From: Streptococcus rubneri
GTDB lineage: Bacteria > Bacillota > Bacilli > Lactobacillales > Streptococcaceae
Reading direction: 5' to 3'
Assembly (NCBI RefSeq): GCF_004785935.1
Contig: NZ_SRRP01000002.1
Location: forward strand, 49,616-81,615
DNA: 32,000 nucleotides
Shown: positions 29,261-32,000 of the stretch, piece after piece
Layout of the letters: each line of letters begins with the position of its first letter
How positions within the stretch are numbered: position 1 is the stretch's first letter
Notes under the pieces: model-generated
Database searches by the model: none
Told to the model about the DNA's origin: nothing
Seen by the model: only the letters and a program-made list of their open reading frames with translations
Program-made: the position numbers and the translations under genes

Positions 29261-29902
29261 ATGACACATATGTTAGAACTCAAGAATGTAGCCTATAGTT
29301 ACCAAAGCTATAGTGAAGATATCCTCTCAAATGTGAACTATCAGTTCGAAAATGGGACATTTTACAGTATTATCGGTCAGTCAGGAACTGGGAAATCTAC
29401 CCTCCTCTCTCTCTTGGCTGGTCTGGACAATCCCAAGAAGGGGCAGGTTCTCTTTGATGGGGAGGACATTCAGACCAAAGGGTCTAGCTACCACCGCAAG
29501 CACCATGTCTCCCTAGTCTTTCAGAATTACAATCTGATTGATTATTTGACGCCACTTGAAAATGTCCGCCTGGTCAACAAACAAGCTGGGAAAGACATTC
29601 TCTTGGAATTGGGATTGGATGAAACGCAAATCAAACGCAATGTTCTTCAATTGTCTGGAGGGCAACAGCAACGGGTGGCCATTGCGCGTGCACTCGTCTC
29701 AGAAGCACCTGTCATCTTGGCAGATGAGCCGACAGGAAACTTAGACGAACAGACAGCCGGTGATATCATTGCTATTTTGAAGAAGTTGGCCAAGGAACGC
29801 CAAAAATGTGTCATCGTCGTCACCCACAGTAAGGAAGTGGCAGAGGCCTCCGATGTGGTCTTGGAATTGAGTCGACGTAGCCTCGTTGAGAAGAGCAAGT
29901 AA
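29261..29902 (+). CDS. ABC transporter ATP-binding protein (Vex2-like)
   Basis: Walker A GQSGTGKSTL, LSGGQQQRVAIARALVSEAPVILADEPTGNLD. Confidence 0.95.
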   Translation: MTHMLELKNVAYSYQSYSEDILSNVNYQFENGTFYSIIGQSGTGKSTLLSLLAGLDNPKKGQVLFDGEDIQTKGSSYHRKHHVSLVFQNYNLIDYLTPLENVRLVNKQAGKDILLELGLDETQIKRNVLQLSGGQQQRVAIARALVSEAPVILADEPTGNLDEQTAGDIIAILKKLAKERQKCVIVVTHSKEVAEASDVVLELSRRSLVEKSK

Positions 29903-29914
29903 GGAGGGAATGCT

Positions 29915-31291
29915 ATGTTACGCAATGCTTTTGCTTATATCACACGTAAATGGCCCAAGTCTCTCTTGCTCTTTGCCATCATTCTCCTCATGGGGACCTT
30001 GAGCTTGATCGGACTCTCTATGAAGGGAGCGACCCAACAAGCTTCATCGGAAAGCCTGGGATCCATCACCAATAGCTTCTCCATGCAGATCAACCGCCGG
30101 ACCAATCCGGGAACCCCTCGGGGAGCTGGGAATCTCAGAGGAGAAGATATCGAAAAAATCAGCCAGGTAGAGGGGATCACTTCCTCCATCAAGCGGATCA
30201 ATGCCATCGCAGATATCCTAGACCACGAAATCATTGAGACTGAAGAAACCTTACAAAACCAATCTCCAGAGCGGGCTAAACACTTCAAGAATACCTTGAT
30301 GGTGACAGGGGTCAATGACTCTTCAAAAGAAGATAAGTTTGTCTCTGGGGCCTACAAACTGGTCCAAGGGGAGCACCTGACTGATAAGGACAAAAACCAA
30401 ATCCTCATGCACGAAGATTTGGCGAAAAAGAATGGCCTCAAGGTAGGCGATAAGGTGCGCCTCAAGTCTAACCTCTATGATGCTGACAATGAAAAAGGGG
30501 CTAATGAAACCGTCGAAGTGACCATTAAAGGCTTGTTCTCAGGAAAAAACCAAGCTCCTCTAACTTACGCCCAAGAATTGTATGAAGATACGCTGATCTC
30601 TGACTTGGATACAGCTGCCAAACTCTATGGCAATACCGTTCAAACAGCTACCTATGAGGATGCGACCTTCTTTGCAAAAGGGGATCAGGATCTGGATAAA
30701 TTGATCGAAAAAATCAAAGCCTTGGATATCCCATGGAATTACTTTGACTTGGTTAAGAGCTCTTCCAACTACCCAGCCTTGCAAAAATCTATCAGCAGCA
30801 TGTTCCAAGTGGCGAACTACTTGTTTATCGGTAGCCTCATCTTTGCTAGTTTGCTTCTCACCCTTCTCCTTGTCTTGTGGCTCAATGCCCGTCGCAGAGA
30901 AGTGGGTATCTTGCTGGCTCTAGGGCTTTCCAAAGTGCAGATTGCAGGGCAATTTGTGGCAGAATTGGTCATGATTTCCATTCCAGCCTTCCTCCTCTCC
31001 TATGAAGTCGCAGGTCTTCTTGCCAAAGCAGTGGGAGATACGGTGCTCAAAAACGTCACCAGTGGCATTGCCAAACAAATGGCTCAAGAATCCTCTGCAG
31101 CCAACCTTGGTGGAGGAGCTGAGGCGGAAAGCTTCAGTAAGACCCTGACAGATATCCATATGGACATCCAACCGAGCCAATTGCTCGTGATTGTTTTGGT
31201 CGGTGGGCTTCTCTTGATTCTTGTATCCATCCTTTCTTCTCAATGGCTCTTGCATAAGAAACCAAAGGAACTCTTGGTGGATGTCGAATAA
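29915..31291 (+). CDS. ABC transporter permease, FtsX-like (Vex-type)
   Basis: NSFSMQINRRTNPGTPRGAGNLRGEDIEKI..., ...LVLWLNARRREVGILLALGLSKVQIAGQFVAEL; resembles pneumococcal Vex permeases. Confidence 0.88.
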   Translation: MLRNAFAYITRKWPKSLLLFAIILLMGTLSLIGLSMKGATQQASSESLGSITNSFSMQINRRTNPGTPRGAGNLRGEDIEKISQVEGITSSIKRINAIADILDHEIIETEETLQNQSPERAKHFKNTLMVTGVNDSSKEDKFVSGAYKLVQGEHLTDKDKNQILMHEDLAKKNGLKVGDKVRLKSNLYDADNEKGANETVEVTIKGLFSGKNQAPLTYAQELYEDTLISDLDTAAKLYGNTVQTATYEDATFFAKGDQDLDKLIEKIKALDIPWNYFDLVKSSSNYPALQKSISSMFQVANYLFIGSLIFASLLLTLLLVLWLNARRREVGILLALGLSKVQIAGQFVAELVMISIPAFLLSYEVAGLLAKAVGDTVLKNVTSGIAKQMAQESSAANLGGGAEAESFSKTLTDIHMDIQPSQLLVIVLVGGLLLILVSILSSQWLLHKKPKELLVDVE

Positions 31292-31361
31292 GAGATTGTT
31301 TCCTAAAATAGAAATAGGGTATAATAGGAGGTAGAAGTTTCTTAGATAAAAAGGAAAGTGT

Positions 31362-32000
31362 ATGAAGATACTAATCGTAGAAGATGAAGTCTTGATTCGA
31401 GAAGGGATGAGCGACTATCTCATGGAATGTGGCTATGAGGTCTTTGAAGCAGGCAATGGGCAGGAGGCCCTGGACCTCTTTCACAGAGAAGCGCCGGATC
31501 TAGTCTTGCTGGACATCCAGCTTCCTATCCTCAATGGCTTGGAAGTCCTCAAGACCATTCGCAAGACCAGCTCAGTCCCTGTCCTCATGCTGACGGCCTT
31601 CCATGACGAGGACTATAAGTTGACAGCCTTTGGAGAGTTGGCAGATGGCTATCTGGAAAAACCCTTCTCCTTGTCCCTCTTGAAGGTCCGTATCGAAGCT
31701 ATTTTTAAAAAGCTCCAGCCTTCCCGGGTCTTCACCTATGGAGAGGCACGAGTGGATTTTGAGAGCTACACAGCCAGCATAGCAGGCCAAGCCATTTCCA
31801 TGAATGCCAAGGAGTTGGAAATCTTGGAATACTTGCTCCAGCATGAGGGCAAGGCCCGGACCCGCTCTCAGATTCTCGATGCCGTCTGGAAGGAGACGGA
31901 GGAGATTCCTTTTGACCGGGTGATCGATGTCTATATCAAGGAACTACGAAAAAAACTGGAGCTGGACTGTATCGTTACGGTACGCAATGTCGGCTATAAA
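31362..32000 (+). CDS. OmpR/PhoB-family response regulator (VncR-like), 3' end outside window
   Basis: MKILIVEDEVLIREGMSDYLMECGYEVFEAGNGQEALDLFHREAPDLVLLDIQLPILNG...; winged-helix C-terminus TRSQILDAVWKETEEIPFDRVIDVYIKELRKKL; frame open to window end. Confidence 0.88.
   Translation, partial: MKILIVEDEVLIREGMSDYLMECGYEVFEAGNGQEALDLFHREAPDLVLLDIQLPILNGLEVLKTIRKTSSVPVLMLTAFHDEDYKLTAFGELADGYLEKPFSLSLLKVRIEAIFKKLQPSRVFTYGEARVDFESYTASIAGQAISMNAKELEILEYLLQHEGKARTRSQILDAVWKETEEIPFDRVIDVYIKELRKKLELDCIVTVRNVGYK

Noticed and set aside
29935-30315. 126-aa minus-strand ORF inside the ABC permease gene
   Set aside because: Shadow ORF opposite a convincing FtsX-type permease.

Overview
The window is a Streptococcus-type (low-GC Firmicute) chromosomal segment. 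It contains the 3' end of a GH8-like gene, a DUF1033 gene, the late-competence comYA-H (comG) pilus operon behind a SigX com-box, ackA, a CPBP protease, and the folate/sulfonamide operon folP-folC-folE-folB/K. These are followed by a DUF1846/UPF0371 gene, pepA, a DUF4651 protein, a thioredoxin-like gene, a YtpR-like gene and ssbB (second com-box-like motif). Next is a LevQSRT-like four-component sensing system with its Man-family PTS (levDEFG-levX-like), then CIRCE-groES-groEL. After a 1.4 kb gene-free interval comes a Vex-like ABC system (permease-ATPase-permease) with an OmpR-family regulator truncated by the window end. The best candidates for something undescribed are: (1) a tandem array of hairpin modules between groEL and the ABC genes, separated by strictly alternating 'GTCTTACTA' and 'GTCGTAACC' linkers (11 linkers, about 0.75 kb); (2) an orphan structured small-RNA candidate at 27685-27878 just after it; (3) three helically phased 13-mer repeats plus a cre upstream of the lev PTS operon; (4) a perfect 15-bp stem before the levX-like gene whose loop is a perfect 7-nt complement to that gene's Shine-Dalgarno sequence. 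All functional claims for these are inference from sequence only.
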